Below, piece after piece: positions 9,444 through 19,527 of a DNA stretch of 64,000 nucleotides. The DNA comes from an uncultured Candidatus Binatia bacterium (lineage in GTDB: Bacteria; Desulfobacterota; Binatia; UBA9968; JAJDTQ01): contig OZ243916.1 in assembly GCA_965213675.1 (NCBI GenBank), positions 3,456,001-3,520,000 on the forward strand, read 5' to 3'. Under the pieces are notes generated by a model. The model ran no database searches and was not told the DNA's origin. It saw nothing but the letters and a program-made list of their open reading frames with translations. Each line of letters opens with the position of its first letter. Position 1 is the stretch's first letter. Made by a program: the position numbers and the translations under genes.

Positions 9444-9935
9444 ATGTCCGACAAGTCGAAGATCCGCATCACCATCAACGGCGCGCCCCACGAGGGTGAG
9501 GCCCAGCCGCGCATGCTGCTGGTGGACTACATCCGCGACATCGTGGGCCTCAAGGGGACGCGCTACGGCTGCGACACCAGCAACTGCGGCTCTTGCACCC
9601 TTGTCATGGACGGCAAGAGCGCCAAGTCCTGCACCTTCCTGGCGGTCCAGGCGGACGGGCGCGAGGTGACCACCATCGAGGGACTCGCCCAGGGGAGCGC
9701 GTTGCATCCCTTGCAGGCGGCCTTTCAGGAGAAGCACGCGCTCCAGTGCGGCTTCTGCACTTCGGGCATGGTCATGTCGGCGCATGCGTTGCTGGCTCGG
9801 AATCCGGCTCCATCGGTCGACGAGATCCGCGAGGGGATCGTGGGCAATCTGTGCCGCTGCACCGGCTACCTGCCGGTGATCGAGGCGGTGCAGGCGGCGG
9901 CGCGCAAGCTGGCCCCCGAGGGAGGCAACCCATGA
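9444..9935 (+). CDS. 2x[2Fe-2S] (CoxS-like) subunit
   Basis: GCDTSNCGSC, QCGFC, NLCRCTGY. Confidence 0.93.
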   Translation: MSDKSKIRITINGAPHEGEAQPRMLLVDYIRDIVGLKGTRYGCDTSNCGSCTLVMDGKSAKSCTFLAVQADGREVTTIEGLAQGSALHPLQAAFQEKHALQCGFCTSGMVMSAHALLARNPAPSVDEIREGIVGNLCRCTGYLPVIEAVQAAARKLAPEGGNP

Positions 9936-12349
9936 GCGCCGCCACTCGCCGGCCGCTGGTGGGCGCGCCGGTGCCGCGCAAGGAAGACCCGGAGATTCTC
10001 CGGGGTCAGGCGCGTTATACCTTCGACATCGACCTGCCGGACATGCTGCACGTGGCGGTGTACCGGAGTCCGGCCGCCCACGCGCGCATCCGTAGCGTGG
10101 ACCTGTCCAAGGCATTGGCGCTGCCCGGCGTGGTGACCGGTTTGACCGGCGAGCAGGTGCGGCAACTCGGCTACGTCAACCCGCTGTCACCGTTCCCCTT
10201 CCAGAGCCGGGATCCGTTCAAGCGCGGCAACCCCACCATCAAGTTCTTCGACCACTACTGCCTCGCCTACGACAAGGTGCGGTTCGTGGGCGAGCCGGTG
10301 GCCGCGGTGGTGGCCACGGACCGGTACATCGCCGAGGACGCGCTGGATCTCATAGAGGTGGAACTCGACCCGCTGCCGCCGGTGGTGGATTCGGAAGCGG
10401 CCCTGCAACCGGATTCCCAGCGCCTCTACGAGGACTGGGACGACAACGTCATGCTGACGTTCCGGGTGTCCGGCGGCAACGTGGACGCCGCTTTCGACGA
10501 GGCGGACGTCGTCGTCAAGGAGACCATCCACAGCGGCCGCTTCACCGGCACTCCCATTGAGACCCGCGCGGTGGTGGCCGATTACGACGCCAGCGTCAAA
10601 ACCCTGAGCCTGTGGAGCACGACCCAGATCGGCCACGCCATCGGCACGCTGGTGGAGAACACCATCGCGCTCCCGGGCCTGAAGGTCCATGTGAATTTCC
10701 GGCGCATCGGCGGCGGCTACGGGCAGAAGTGGGCGTTCTACCCGGAAGAGATCCTGGTGCCGTTGCTGTCGATCCTCACGGACCGGCCCATGAAGTGGGT
10801 GGAGACCCGGCGCGAGCACATGACCGGCACCATCCACGCCCGCGAGCAGACCCACCACATCGAGGCGGCGGTGCGCCGGGATGGGACGATCCTGGGGGTC
10901 CGGGACCGCATCGTGGCCAACATCGGCGCGGCCTATCCCACCGGCGGGCTGGCGTCCATCGTCACCACCGGCATGTTCGTGCCTGGCGCCTACCGCATCG
11001 CCAACTACGAGGGTCAGGTCCAGGGGGTGGTGAGCAACAAGACGCCCTACGGCGCGCACCGGGGTTTCGGCAAGTCGGAAGCCTGCTTTGTCATTGAGCG
11101 CATGGTGGACCGTATCGCCGTGAACCTGGGCCTCGACCCGGTGGCGGTGCGCCGGCGGAACTTTGTCCCGCCCGACGCCTTCCCCTACCGCTCGGTCACC
11201 GGCCCGCGCTACGACAGCGGTCGCTACCAGGAGGCCCTGGACAAGGCGCTGGGGTTGCTGGACGTGGACCACTGGCGCCAGGCGCAGAAAGAGGCGGTGG
11301 CCCAGGGCCGCTACCTGGGCATCGGCACCTGTCTGGTCATCGAGCCGTCCAGCTCGACGCGCATGGGTTCCTACAACGCCGGCTATTACAGCGTGCGCAT
11401 GCGCATGGATCCCAACGGCAAGGTCTACGTCTTTCCCGGCGGCAGCGACGAGGGCCAGGGCCATGCCACTTCCATCTCGCAGCTCGTGGGCGACGAACTT
11501 CAGGTGTCCTTCGACGACGTCATGGTGGTGGAAGGGGACAGTCTGGCCTGCCCTTACGGCTCCGGTTCCTACTCCAGCCGTTTCTCCGTGGTGGGCACCA
11601 CCGCGGTGACCCTGGCGGCGCGGGCGCTGCGCGAGAAGATCACCCAGATCGCGTCCGTGATGCTCCGGCATCCCCCCGGCGGGCTCGTGTTCGAGGATGG
11701 CCGGGTGTCCGTGGAGGGGCGTCCGGCCGAGGCGGTTTCCCTCATGCAGATCGCCCGGGTCGCGTACTTCTATCCGTTCCAGTTGCCCGAGGGCATGGAT
11801 CCCGGACTGGAAACGCTGTACCACTTCCGCGATCCCAACATCGAGTTCGAGGCGGACGAGCGCGGCCGCGTGGCCATGTTCAGCAGCTTCCCGTATGACG
11901 CCGAGGCTGCGGTGGTGGAGGTGGAGGCGGACACCGGGCTGCTCAGGATCCTGAAGTTCGTTTCGGTGCACGACTGCGGCAACATGCTGAACCCGCTCAT
12001 CGTCAGGGGCCAGCACGTGGGCGCCCTGGCCCACGGCTTCGGCGGAGCCCTGTACGAGGAACTGCCCTACTCCGAGGAAGGCCAGCCCTTGGCGGCGAGC
12101 TTCAAGGACTATTTCCTGCCCACGGCCATGGAGATGCCCGACATGGTGATGGAGCACATCGAGACCCCCAACCCGTTCACCCCCGGCGGCTTCAAGGGCG
12201 CGGGCGAAACCGGCACGGTGGGGCCGCCCGCGGTGCTGGCCAACGCGGTGGAGGACGCATTGAAGCCGCTGGGCATCGCCATCCGCCGCCTGCCGCTCAC
12301 GCCCCCATACCTGTGGTCGCTGATCCAGGAGGCCCGGCGCGGACGGTAG
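9932..12349 (+). CDS. Xanthine dehydrogenase family molybdopterin-binding large (CoxL-like) subunit; not form I CO dehydrogenase
   Basis: ATGA overlap with small subunit; GGGYGQK, GQGH, KGAGE; active-site loop AHRGFG rather than AYxCSFR. Confidence 0.9.
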   Translation: MSAATRRPLVGAPVPRKEDPEILRGQARYTFDIDLPDMLHVAVYRSPAAHARIRSVDLSKALALPGVVTGLTGEQVRQLGYVNPLSPFPFQSRDPFKRGNPTIKFFDHYCLAYDKVRFVGEPVAAVVATDRYIAEDALDLIEVELDPLPPVVDSEAALQPDSQRLYEDWDDNVMLTFRVSGGNVDAAFDEADVVVKETIHSGRFTGTPIETRAVVADYDASVKTLSLWSTTQIGHAIGTLVENTIALPGLKVHVNFRRIGGGYGQKWAFYPEEILVPLLSILTDRPMKWVETRREHMTGTIHAREQTHHIEAAVRRDGTILGVRDRIVANIGAAYPTGGLASIVTTGMFVPGAYRIANYEGQVQGVVSNKTPYGAHRGFGKSEACFVIERMVDRIAVNLGLDPVAVRRRNFVPPDAFPYRSVTGPRYDSGRYQEALDKALGLLDVDHWRQAQKEAVAQGRYLGIGTCLVIEPSSSTRMGSYNAGYYSVRMRMDPNGKVYVFPGGSDEGQGHATSISQLVGDELQVSFDDVMVVEGDSLACPYGSGSYSSRFSVVGTTAVTLAARALREKITQIASVMLRHPPGGLVFEDGRVSVEGRPAEAVSLMQIARVAYFYPFQLPEGMDPGLETLYHFRDPNIEFEADERGRVAMFSSFPYDAEAAVVEVEADTGLLRILKFVSVHDCGNMLNPLIVRGQHVGALAHGFGGALYEELPYSEEGQPLAASFKDYFLPTAMEMPDMVMEHIETPNPFTPGGFKGAGETGTVGPPAVLANAVEDALKPLGIAIRRLPLTPPYLWSLIQEARRGR

Positions 12350-12356
12350 CGTGCCG

Positions 12357-12521
12357 CTAGTGTGGTGTCTGGTTAATTCGCGTCATAATCTGCGGGTCTT
12401 TTTCGCCGTCGGCTGCGTTGCTCTTCCTCGCGTGGTACACGCCACTGCTCGTCATCGCGCCTTGCCGACGACAAAAAATCCTCCGCAGATTATGACGCGA
12501 ATTAACCAGACACCACACTAG
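12357..12521 (-). mobile_element. MITE-like 165-bp element, copy A
   Basis: Perfect 39-bp terminal inverted repeat CTAGTGTGGTGTCTGGTTAATTCGCGTCATAATCTGCGG; reverse complement differs from 44444-44608 at 2 positions. Confidence 0.88.
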
Positions 12522-12580
12522 GGACACGGACCGGGAGGTGGTCCCCGCGCGGATGGCGCCACATCCGCTTTGGCCGGCAA

Positions 12581-12617
12581 GGGCGACCGGCGGTCGCCCC
12601 CATACACGGACAGGCTC
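12581..12617 (-). repeat. REP-like palindrome
   Basis: GGGCGACCG-G-CGGTCGCCC hairpin plus CACGGACAGGCTC tail shared with 39744. Confidence 0.6.
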
Positions 12618-12674
12618 CCGGAGCGGGCGCGGTCGAAAGCAGCGGGAGCCGTAACCGGCTTGGAAAGGCATCAC

Positions 12675-13391
12675 ATGTCCGACACGGTTCTTCTCGAAAA
12701 GACGGGCGACATCGCCACGCTGACCCTGAACCGCCCCGAAAAGGGCAACGCCGTCGACCTGGAGTTGATGCTCGCGCTGACGGACCGGCTCGCGGCAGCC
12801 GCGGCGGACAAGACGCTCCGGTTGATGGTCCTTGAGGGCAGGGGCGCCGATTTCTGCTCTGGACGCGAGCCCGACGTGCCCCGCCCGGAGAACGCGGCGC
12901 AGTTCGCCGAGGCCCTGGGCCGGATCGTGCGCGTCAACGAATTGCTGCAGTCATTTCCGGGAATCAGCCTGGCGGTGGTGCGGGGGAGGGCCTTCGGGTT
13001 CGGTTGCGGCCTGGCGGTGCAGAGCGACGTGACCCTGGCCGCGGCCGACGCGCGCTTTGCCTTTCCGGAAATAAAGGCCGGGTTCCCGCCCACTATCGTC
13101 ATGTCCTACCTGAGTCGCTGGATACACAGGAAGAAGGCTCTGGAGTTGGTGATGACCGGCGGCGAACTCAGTGCCGCGGAGGCCGAACGGCAGGGTCTGG
13201 TGAACCAAGTGACGCCGCCGGAACAGTTGGAGGGCGAGAAAGGACGCTGGATCGAGATGCTCGCGGGGGGAAACCTGGAAGGGCTTCAGGCCACCAAGGC
13301 GTTCTTCAGGGATACGGCGGAATGGCCCACCGGCGCCGCGGCACAGTATGGCATCACCCGGTTGGCGAATTTCTTCGCAAGCCGCCGATAG
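12675..13391 (+). CDS. Enoyl-CoA hydratase/isomerase family protein
   Basis: TLNRPEKGNA, DFCSG, AFGFGCGL, FAFPEIKAG. Confidence 0.9.
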   Translation: MSDTVLLEKTGDIATLTLNRPEKGNAVDLELMLALTDRLAAAAADKTLRLMVLEGRGADFCSGREPDVPRPENAAQFAEALGRIVRVNELLQSFPGISLAVVRGRAFGFGCGLAVQSDVTLAAADARFAFPEIKAGFPPTIVMSYLSRWIHRKKALELVMTGGELSAAEAERQGLVNQVTPPEQLEGEKGRWIEMLAGGNLEGLQATKAFFRDTAEWPTGAAAQYGITRLANFFASRR

Positions 13392-13478
13392 GGCGCCAGA
13401 ATCCTTGATTCTTTTCGGAGTCGTCGCCCGTACACGGTTCCCGCGCCGTGCGATACGTTCCCGATGGTGGACCAACTC

Positions 13479-13661
13479 CTAGCGTCTGAAGTCCACCTTG
13501 CGTCCGTAGCTGACCTCGCCCTTGTCGATCCTGAGGGAGAAACCGCAGTCCGGATGGGTGCACACCCAAGCCTTGAACATGACCGATGCGCCATCCTGAC
13601 CGTAGTCCGATAGTGGTATCAAGATGCCATTGTCGCATTTCTGACACGTCGGCAGTTCCAT
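13479..13661 (-). CDS. Small Zn-ribbon-like hypothetical protein (60 aa)
   Basis: MELPTCQKC...WVCTHPDC; strong GGAGGAG RBS before ATG 13661. Confidence 0.75.
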   Translation of the reverse strand: MELPTCQKCDNGILIPLSDYGQDGASVMFKAWVCTHPDCGFSLRIDKGEVSYGRKVDFRR

Positions 13662-14090
13662 CTCCACTCCTCCTTTGCGGCGAAACCGGCTCGCGGGATC
13701 GCCATAGAACCGTCCTTGCCTGCCCTGCTCACTACGACTCGGCACGCGGCGACTCGGCAAGTTGGCAGATACCTCAAACCATATAGAAGTCTCCCCTCGA
13801 AATCAATGTTCCCGATGGTCCGCGCAGGGCTTTCAAGCGCCGGCGAACGCATTCCTCATTCTCGTGCAAGCGGGACTTCAAGGGCGCGGGCGCGGCGGGC
13901 CGGCGAGTTCCGGCGCCGGGCGTGGAACACCCATCTGGCAGGCCGATCCCACGCTGCCGATTCGCACGGCAGTCGGGGGGTTTGGACAGCGCCCTGTCCA
14001 CGGAACGAGGCCGTGTGAGGGTTGGAACGGGTCCCATTCGGCGCTCGACGCGGATGCTCGGCCAGCGTGGGATCAGCCTGCGCTCTTGGT

Positions 14091-14120
14091 TTGACAGCTT
14101 CGCCGGGCCGGGGATATGAT
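14091..14120 (+). promoter_or_regulatory. Sigma70-like promoter upstream of kdsB
   Basis: TTGACA (14091-14096), 18 nt, TATGAT (14115-14120). Confidence 0.6.
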
Positions 14121-14185
14121 GACGGAGTGCCTCTTGCGGGTGCGTTCTCGAAGAGGCCTCCCCTCGCTCCGCAACATTTGCTTTC

Positions 14186-14944
14186 ATGTCCGTTGTGGCC
14201 ATCATACCCGCGCGTTACGGGTCTACGCGGTTTCCGGGGAAGCCGCTCGCCAGGATCGGTGCGAAGCCGATGATTCAACACGTCTACGAGAGCACGGCGG
14301 CGGCGGATGTGGTCCAGCGCACGCTCGTGGCCACGGACGATGCGCGGATTCTGGACGCGGTCCGGGGCTTCGGCGGGGAGGCGGTGATGACGTCCGGAAA
14401 GCATTTGAGCGGAACCGACCGCCTGGCCGAAGTGGCCGCCGGCCTTGAGGCGGAATGGATCGTCAACGTGCAGGGGGACTTCCCGTTCGTTCAGTCGGAA
14501 ACCGTCCGCGCCAGCGTGGACTGTCTGGTGCGGGACGCGTCCGTGCCCATGGCGACGGCCTGCACCGCCATTGCCTCGGAGGACGAGTTTCTCGACCGCA
14601 ACGTGGTGAAGGTGGTGCTCGACCGTCAGGGCTTCGCCTGTTACTTTTCGCGCGCGCCCATACCCTTTCACCGGGAGCCGCCGGCCGGGGGCGCCGGCTG
14701 GGGGCGCCGGCACTTGGGCATCTACGTGTACCGGCGGGATTTCCTCTTGCGCTTTGCCGGCATGCCGCCCGCGGAACCGGAGATTGTGGAGGGCCTGGAG
14801 CAGTTGCGCGCCCTGTTTCACGGTTTCCGCATCCGGGTAGTGGACGTGGCGGAACCGGGCGTGGAGGTCAACACTCCGGACGACCTGGAGCGGGCCGAGG
14901 CTTGGTGGACAAGGGTTCACGCGGAGAACGGGCACCATGGCTAA
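14186..14944 (+). CDS. kdsB: 3-deoxy-manno-octulosonate cytidylyltransferase
   Basis: [35 protein letters not shown]. Confidence 0.97.
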   Translation: MSVVAIIPARYGSTRFPGKPLARIGAKPMIQHVYESTAAADVVQRTLVATDDARILDAVRGFGGEAVMTSGKHLSGTDRLAEVAAGLEAEWIVNVQGDFPFVQSETVRASVDCLVRDASVPMATACTAIASEDEFLDRNVVKVVLDRQGFACYFSRAPIPFHREPPAGGAGWGRRHLGIYVYRRDFLLRFAGMPPAEPEIVEGLEQLRALFHGFRIRVVDVAEPGVEVNTPDDLERAEAWWTRVHAENGHHG

Positions 14945-16595
14945 GTTGCCACAGAAGTTCATCTTCGTGACCGGCGGGGTGATGTCGTCGCTGGGGAAGG
15001 GGCTGGCGGCGGCTTCCATCGGCGCGCTTCTGGAAAGCCGTGGCCTCAACGTCACTCTGCTGAAGATGGATCCATACATCAACGTGGATCCGGGGACCAT
15101 GAGCCCGTTCCAGCACGGCGAGGTTTTCGTGACCGACGACGGCGCGGAGACGGACCTCGATCTGGGGCACTACGAACGCTACGTTTCGTCGACCACCGGA
15201 CGGGCGAACAACTTCACCACGGGGCAAGTCTACGACACGGTCATCGGCAACGAACGGCGCGGCGACTATCTCGGCGGCACGGTCCAGGTCATTCCCCACA
15301 TCACCGACGAGATCAAGCGGCGCATCGAGGTGGCGGCCGGAAATCACGACATCGCCATCTGCGAGGTGGGCGGCACCGTGGGCGACATCGAAGGGCTGCC
15401 GTTTCTGGAGGCCATCCGCCAGTTCGCGCGCGACCGCGGGCGGCACAACGTCATCTACGTTCACCTCACGTACGTGCCGTACATCGCCGCCGGCGGTGAG
15501 CTCAAGACCAAGCCCACGCAGCACAGCGTCAAGGAGCTGACCGGCCTGGGTATCCAACCGGATTTTCTGCTGTGCCGCACCGACCGCCTGTTGAGCCGCC
15601 CCCTCAAGGCCAAGATCGCCAGCTTCTGCAACGTGGACGAGGATTCGGTGATCACCGCCAAGGACGTGGAGTGGATCTACGAAGTGCCGTTGGTCCTGCA
15701 CCAGGAAGGTCTGGATGACCGCATCGTGGAACGGCTGCAGATGTGGACCGGCACACCGAACCTGCGCAAGTGGCAGAACACCGTGAACATTCTCAAGAAT
15801 GCCGATGAAACGGTGCGCATCGCGGTGGTGGGCAAATACATGCAGCTCAAGGAGTCGTACAAGAGCCTGATGGAAGCCTTGGTGCACGGCGGCATCGCCA
15901 ACGGCGTGCATGTCGAGCTGGAGTGCATCGAGGCGGAGAAGATGGAAAAACGCTACGTCCAGAAGTTCCTGGACGGCGTCGATGGCGTCCTGATTCCGGG
16001 CGGGTTCGGCGACCGCGGCACGGAGGGCAAGGTGCGCGCGGTGCGCTATGCGCGCGAGAACCGGGTGCCGTTCTTCGGCATCTGCCTGGGGATGCAGATC
16101 GCCGTGGCCGAGTTTGCGCGCAACGTCTGTTCCCTCAAGGGCGCCAACTCGGTGGAGCTGGACGCCAGGACGAAACACCCCGTGATTCACCTGATGGAGG
16201 ACCAGAAGGCGGTGGAACAGAAGGGCGGCACCATGCGCCTTGGGGCGTATCCGTGCGTGCTCGCCTCCGACTCCCTCTCGGCCAGGTTGTACCGCAAGAA
16301 GAAGATCTCCGAGCGCCACCGGCACCGCTACGAGTTCAACAACGACTACCGGGAGACGATGGCGGAGAAGGGGCTGCGCATCAGCGGCCTGTCGCCCGAC
16401 GGCAAGCTGGTGGAGGTGGTGGAGCTGGCCGACCACCCTTGGTTCGTCGGCTGCCAGTTCCACCCGGAGTTCAAGTCCCGCCCGACCGAGTGCCACCCGC
16501 TGTTCAAGGGTTTCATTCGCGCCGCGCTGCAGCACCGCGGGTCGGTGAAGGAAGTTCCGCGCATGCGCATTGTCGCGGACGCCACGAGGTCATGA
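14937..16595 (+). CDS. pyrG: CTP synthase
   Basis: [48 protein letters not shown]. Confidence 0.99.
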   Translation: MAKLPQKFIFVTGGVMSSLGKGLAAASIGALLESRGLNVTLLKMDPYINVDPGTMSPFQHGEVFVTDDGAETDLDLGHYERYVSSTTGRANNFTTGQVYDTVIGNERRGDYLGGTVQVIPHITDEIKRRIEVAAGNHDIAICEVGGTVGDIEGLPFLEAIRQFARDRGRHNVIYVHLTYVPYIAAGGELKTKPTQHSVKELTGLGIQPDFLLCRTDRLLSRPLKAKIASFCNVDEDSVITAKDVEWIYEVPLVLHQEGLDDRIVERLQMWTGTPNLRKWQNTVNILKNADETVRIAVVGKYMQLKESYKSLMEALVHGGIANGVHVELECIEAEKMEKRYVQKFLDGVDGVLIPGGFGDRGTEGKVRAVRYARENRVPFFGICLGMQIAVAEFARNVCSLKGANSVELDARTKHPVIHLMEDQKAVEQKGGTMRLGAYPCVLASDSLSARLYRKKKISERHRHRYEFNNDYRETMAEKGLRISGLSPDGKLVEVVELADHPWFVGCQFHPEFKSRPTECHPLFKGFIRAALQHRGSVKEVPRMRIVADATRS

Positions 16596-17428
16596 GCGCC
16601 CGCGAGGTTCAGGTCGGGGACATCCGCGTCGGCGGCGGGCGCCCGCTCACGTTGATCGCGGGTTCGTGCGTCATCGAGAACCGGGACTCGGCGTTGCGGC
16701 ACGCGGCGTTCCTGAGCGACCTCACCCGGCGCCTCGGCATCCCCTTCATCTACAAGTCCTCCTACGACAAGGCCAACCGCACCTCGCTGGAGTCCTTTCG
16801 CGGCTTGGGGCTCGACGAGGGCCTGCGCATCCTGCAGGACGTGCGCCGCGAGACCGGCGCCCCCGTGCTCACCGACGTGCATGAGCCCGGCCAGATCGGT
16901 CCGGTATGCGAAGTGGTGGATGTGGTGCAGATCCCCGCGTTCCTGTGCCGGCAGACGGACTTCGTGGCCGGGGTGGCGCGCGCCGCCAGGGTCGTGAACG
17001 TGAAGAAGGGGCAGTTCCTGGCGCCGTGGGACATCCGCAACGTCGTGGCCAAGATCGTGGCCGCGGGCAACACCAACGTGCTGCTCACCGAACGCGGCGT
17101 TTCCTTCGGCTACAACAACCTGGTGTCGGACATGCGCTCCCTGGTGATCATGCGCGAATCGGGTTTCCCGGTGGTGTTCGACGCGACCCACAGCCTGCAG
17201 CTCCCCGGCGGCCTGGGGCAGGCTTCGGGCGGCGACCGGCAGTTCATCGCGCCACTGGCGCGGGCGGGCGCCGCGGTGGGGGTGGACGCGCTCTTCATGG
17301 AGGTCCACGAGGACCCGGACCGGGCCTTGAGCGATGGTCCCACTTCGTTTCCCCTGGCCGGCCTCGATGGGTTGTTGCGCGCGGTGAAGGACATCGACGG
17401 CCGGGTCAAGTCCCAGGAGAGCGGGTGA
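16592..17428 (+). CDS. kdsA: KDO-8-phosphate synthase
   Basis: [33 protein letters not shown]. Confidence 0.98.
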   Translation: MSAREVQVGDIRVGGGRPLTLIAGSCVIENRDSALRHAAFLSDLTRRLGIPFIYKSSYDKANRTSLESFRGLGLDEGLRILQDVRRETGAPVLTDVHEPGQIGPVCEVVDVVQIPAFLCRQTDFVAGVARAARVVNVKKGQFLAPWDIRNVVAKIVAAGNTNVLLTERGVSFGYNNLVSDMRSLVIMRESGFPVVFDATHSLQLPGGLGQASGGDRQFIAPLARAGAAVGVDALFMEVHEDPDRALSDGPTSFPLAGLDGLLRAVKDIDGRVKSQESG

Positions 17429-17429
17429 C

Positions 17430-18413
17430 ATGGACAGGCCGGGGGACGCGCTGCGCAAGGCCCGCGAGGTGCTCGACATCGAAATCCGCGGCATCGCCGC
17501 GGTACGGGATCGGGTGGGCGAGGCGTTCCTGCGCGCGGTTGGCCTCCTTCACGACTGCACCGGCAAGGTCATCGTCACCGGTGTGGGCAAGTCGGGGCTC
17601 GTCTGCCACAAGATGGCGGCCACGCTGGCGAGCACCGGAACGCCGGCGTTCTTCCTGCACGCGGCCGAGGCAAGCCACGGCGACCTGGGCATGATCATGC
17701 GCGACGACATCGTTCTGGCCGTTTCCAACAGCGGCGAGTCCGAAGAAGTCCTGCGGATGCTGCCCCTGATCAAGCGCTGGGGTCTCAAGCTCATCGCCAT
17801 GACCGGCAACGCGCAGTCGAGCCTGGCCCATTCGGGGGATGTCGTGCTGGACGTCGGGGTACCGGAGGAGGCCTGTCCCTTGGGGCTTTCACCCACCGCC
17901 AGCACCACCGCGGCCCTGGCCATGGGCGACGCCCTCGCCGTGGCGCTGCTGGAGCGCCGGGAATTCAAGGAGGAAGACTTCCTGCTGCGGCATCCCGGCG
18001 GCGCTCTGGGCCGCAGGCTGCTGCTGCGCGCGCGTGACCTCATGCACTCCGGCGACGACATTCCTCTGGTGTTCAATGACACGCCGCTCCGGGACATCCT
18101 CCTGGAGATCACCTCCAAGCGCCTCGGCGTGACCGGCGTGTTGAACCGGGAGCAGGCGCTGGTGGGAGTCATCACCGATGGCGACCTCCGCCGTTGCCTG
18201 GCCCAAAGCGATGGCAGCGACATGCTGGAACGCCGGGCCTCGGAAATCATGACTCTGAACCCCAAGACCATCGCCGCGGACGCGCTCGCCGCCGAAGGCG
18301 TGGCGCTGATGGAAAGGTTCTCCATCACCTCTCTGTTCATCGAGGCACAGGACTCGGCCAGACCCCAGGGGATACTGCACCTCCATGACCTCCTCAAAGC
18401 CGGCCTCCTCTGA
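17430..18413 (+). CDS. kdsD: Arabinose-5-phosphate isomerase (SIS + CBS)
   Basis: GVGKSG, EASHGDLG, EACPLGLSPTASTT, HPGGALG. Confidence 0.96.
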   Translation: MDRPGDALRKAREVLDIEIRGIAAVRDRVGEAFLRAVGLLHDCTGKVIVTGVGKSGLVCHKMAATLASTGTPAFFLHAAEASHGDLGMIMRDDIVLAVSNSGESEEVLRMLPLIKRWGLKLIAMTGNAQSSLAHSGDVVLDVGVPEEACPLGLSPTASTTAALAMGDALAVALLERREFKEEDFLLRHPGGALGRRLLLRARDLMHSGDDIPLVFNDTPLRDILLEITSKRLGVTGVLNREQALVGVITDGDLRRCLAQSDGSDMLERRASEIMTLNPKTIAADALAAEGVALMERFSITSLFIEAQDSARPQGILHLHDLLKAGLL

Positions 18414-18957
18414 CGCTCGGCTGTCGGCCCGAACCGACGCGTTGCGCGCCAGGGTCCGGGACGTCAGGCTGCTGTTGCTCGACGTCGACGGCGTGCTCAC
18501 CGACGGCGGCATCGTCATCGACGAACGCGGCGAGGAGGTCACCCGCTTCGACGTTCAGGACGGCCACGGCATCAAGCTCCTCCAGGATTCGGGGATCCGT
18601 GTCGGGCTGCTCACCGGACGCGCTTCCCGGGCCGTGTCGGTGCGCGCCCAACGCCTGTCCATCGGACTCGTCTACCAGAACGTCGCCGACAAGCTGCTCG
18701 GCTACGAGCAGGTCAAGGCGGAGACCGGTCTCGCCGACGCCGAGATCGCCTACGTGGGCGACGACATGCAGGATCTGCCGGTGCTGCGCAGGGTGGCCTT
18801 CGCGGTGGCGGTGAAGGACGCTTGGGATGGCTTGAAGGCGCATGCCCACTACGTCACGGAGCGGCCGGGCGGCCACGGCGCGGTGCGCGAAGTGGCGGAA
18901 CTGCTGTTGCGTCTTGCAGGGAAGTGGGACGCCGTGCTGAAGCGGTACGACCGCTGA
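18385..18957 (+). CDS. kdsC: KDO-8-phosphate phosphatase (HAD)
   Basis: LDVDGVLTDG, DGHGI, YVGDDMQD, GGHGAVRE. Confidence 0.95.
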   Translation: MTSSKPASSDARLSARTDALRARVRDVRLLLLDVDGVLTDGGIVIDERGEEVTRFDVQDGHGIKLLQDSGIRVGLLTGRASRAVSVRAQRLSIGLVYQNVADKLLGYEQVKAETGLADAEIAYVGDDMQDLPVLRRVAFAVAVKDAWDGLKAHAHYVTERPGGHGAVREVAELLLRLAGKWDAVLKRYDR

Positions 18958-19186
18958 CCGCGGCGGGCGCGGGTTTCATGAAGCAAGGCATGCGGCAAAT
19001 TCGTGGAGCCATATCATGAAGCCATTGGATGAAGCGATGTTCATGAAGCGATCATGGTAAGGCAATTGTCGCAAGCAATTTTCATGCCCACGGCTTTACA
19101 CGCGGCGGCCGAGTTGGTATTCGGAAGCGGATGATCCGACGGGTGCGGCCCGCCGCAAAGAGGTTGACCAACAGCCACGGGCATTC

Positions 19187-19303
19187 TTGCCGCCGGCAAG
19201 GCGCGATGACTTGCGGGGGCGGACCGGCGGTCATCGCACGGGGAAGACTCCGGGGCGACCCCCGGGTGACTTGACGCAGCCGGCGGCAAACCGGCAAATC
19301 ATC
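19187..19303 (+). mobile_element. Degenerate MITE-family copy E carrying an inserted REP-like palindrome
   Basis: CGGCAAGGCGCGATGAC...GGAAGA[CTCCGGGGCGACCCCCGGGTGAC]..ACGCAGCC..GCAAATCATCGC; similar to core of copies A-D and to 41722-41900. Confidence 0.6.
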
Positions 19304-19313
19304 GCCGGTTGAA

Positions 19314-19479
19314 CTCGTGTCGTGTCCCACGTAAATGTTGACCAAATCTGCTTGTCTTTTTCGCCGTCGGCTGCGTGGCTCTTCCTCGCGTGGCAACCGC
19401 CACTGCTCGTCATCGCGCCTTGCCGATCACGAAAAATCCTGCGCACTTTGCTCAACATTTACGTGGGACACGACACGAG
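19314..19479 (-). mobile_element. MITE-like 166-bp element, copy D
   Basis: Perfect 28-bp inverted repeat CTCGTGTCGTGTCCCACGTAAATGTTGA; same core as copy A. Confidence 0.85.
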
Positions 19480-19527
19480 CGCTGTAATTTGCCGGACACG
19501 ACGACACGGGTCCCCGGAAGGTGGCGC

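Noticed and set aside
9932-12349. Aerobic CO dehydrogenase (coxL)
   Set aside because: Lacks the Cu-binding AYxCSFR loop and has no coxDEFG accessory genes nearby
12357-12674. Recurring short ORFs (..RQGAMTSSG.YHARKS.AADGEKD..) at 12357, 19231, 21431 and 44297
   Set aside because: They are translations of the repeat element, with inconsistent starts and no RBS
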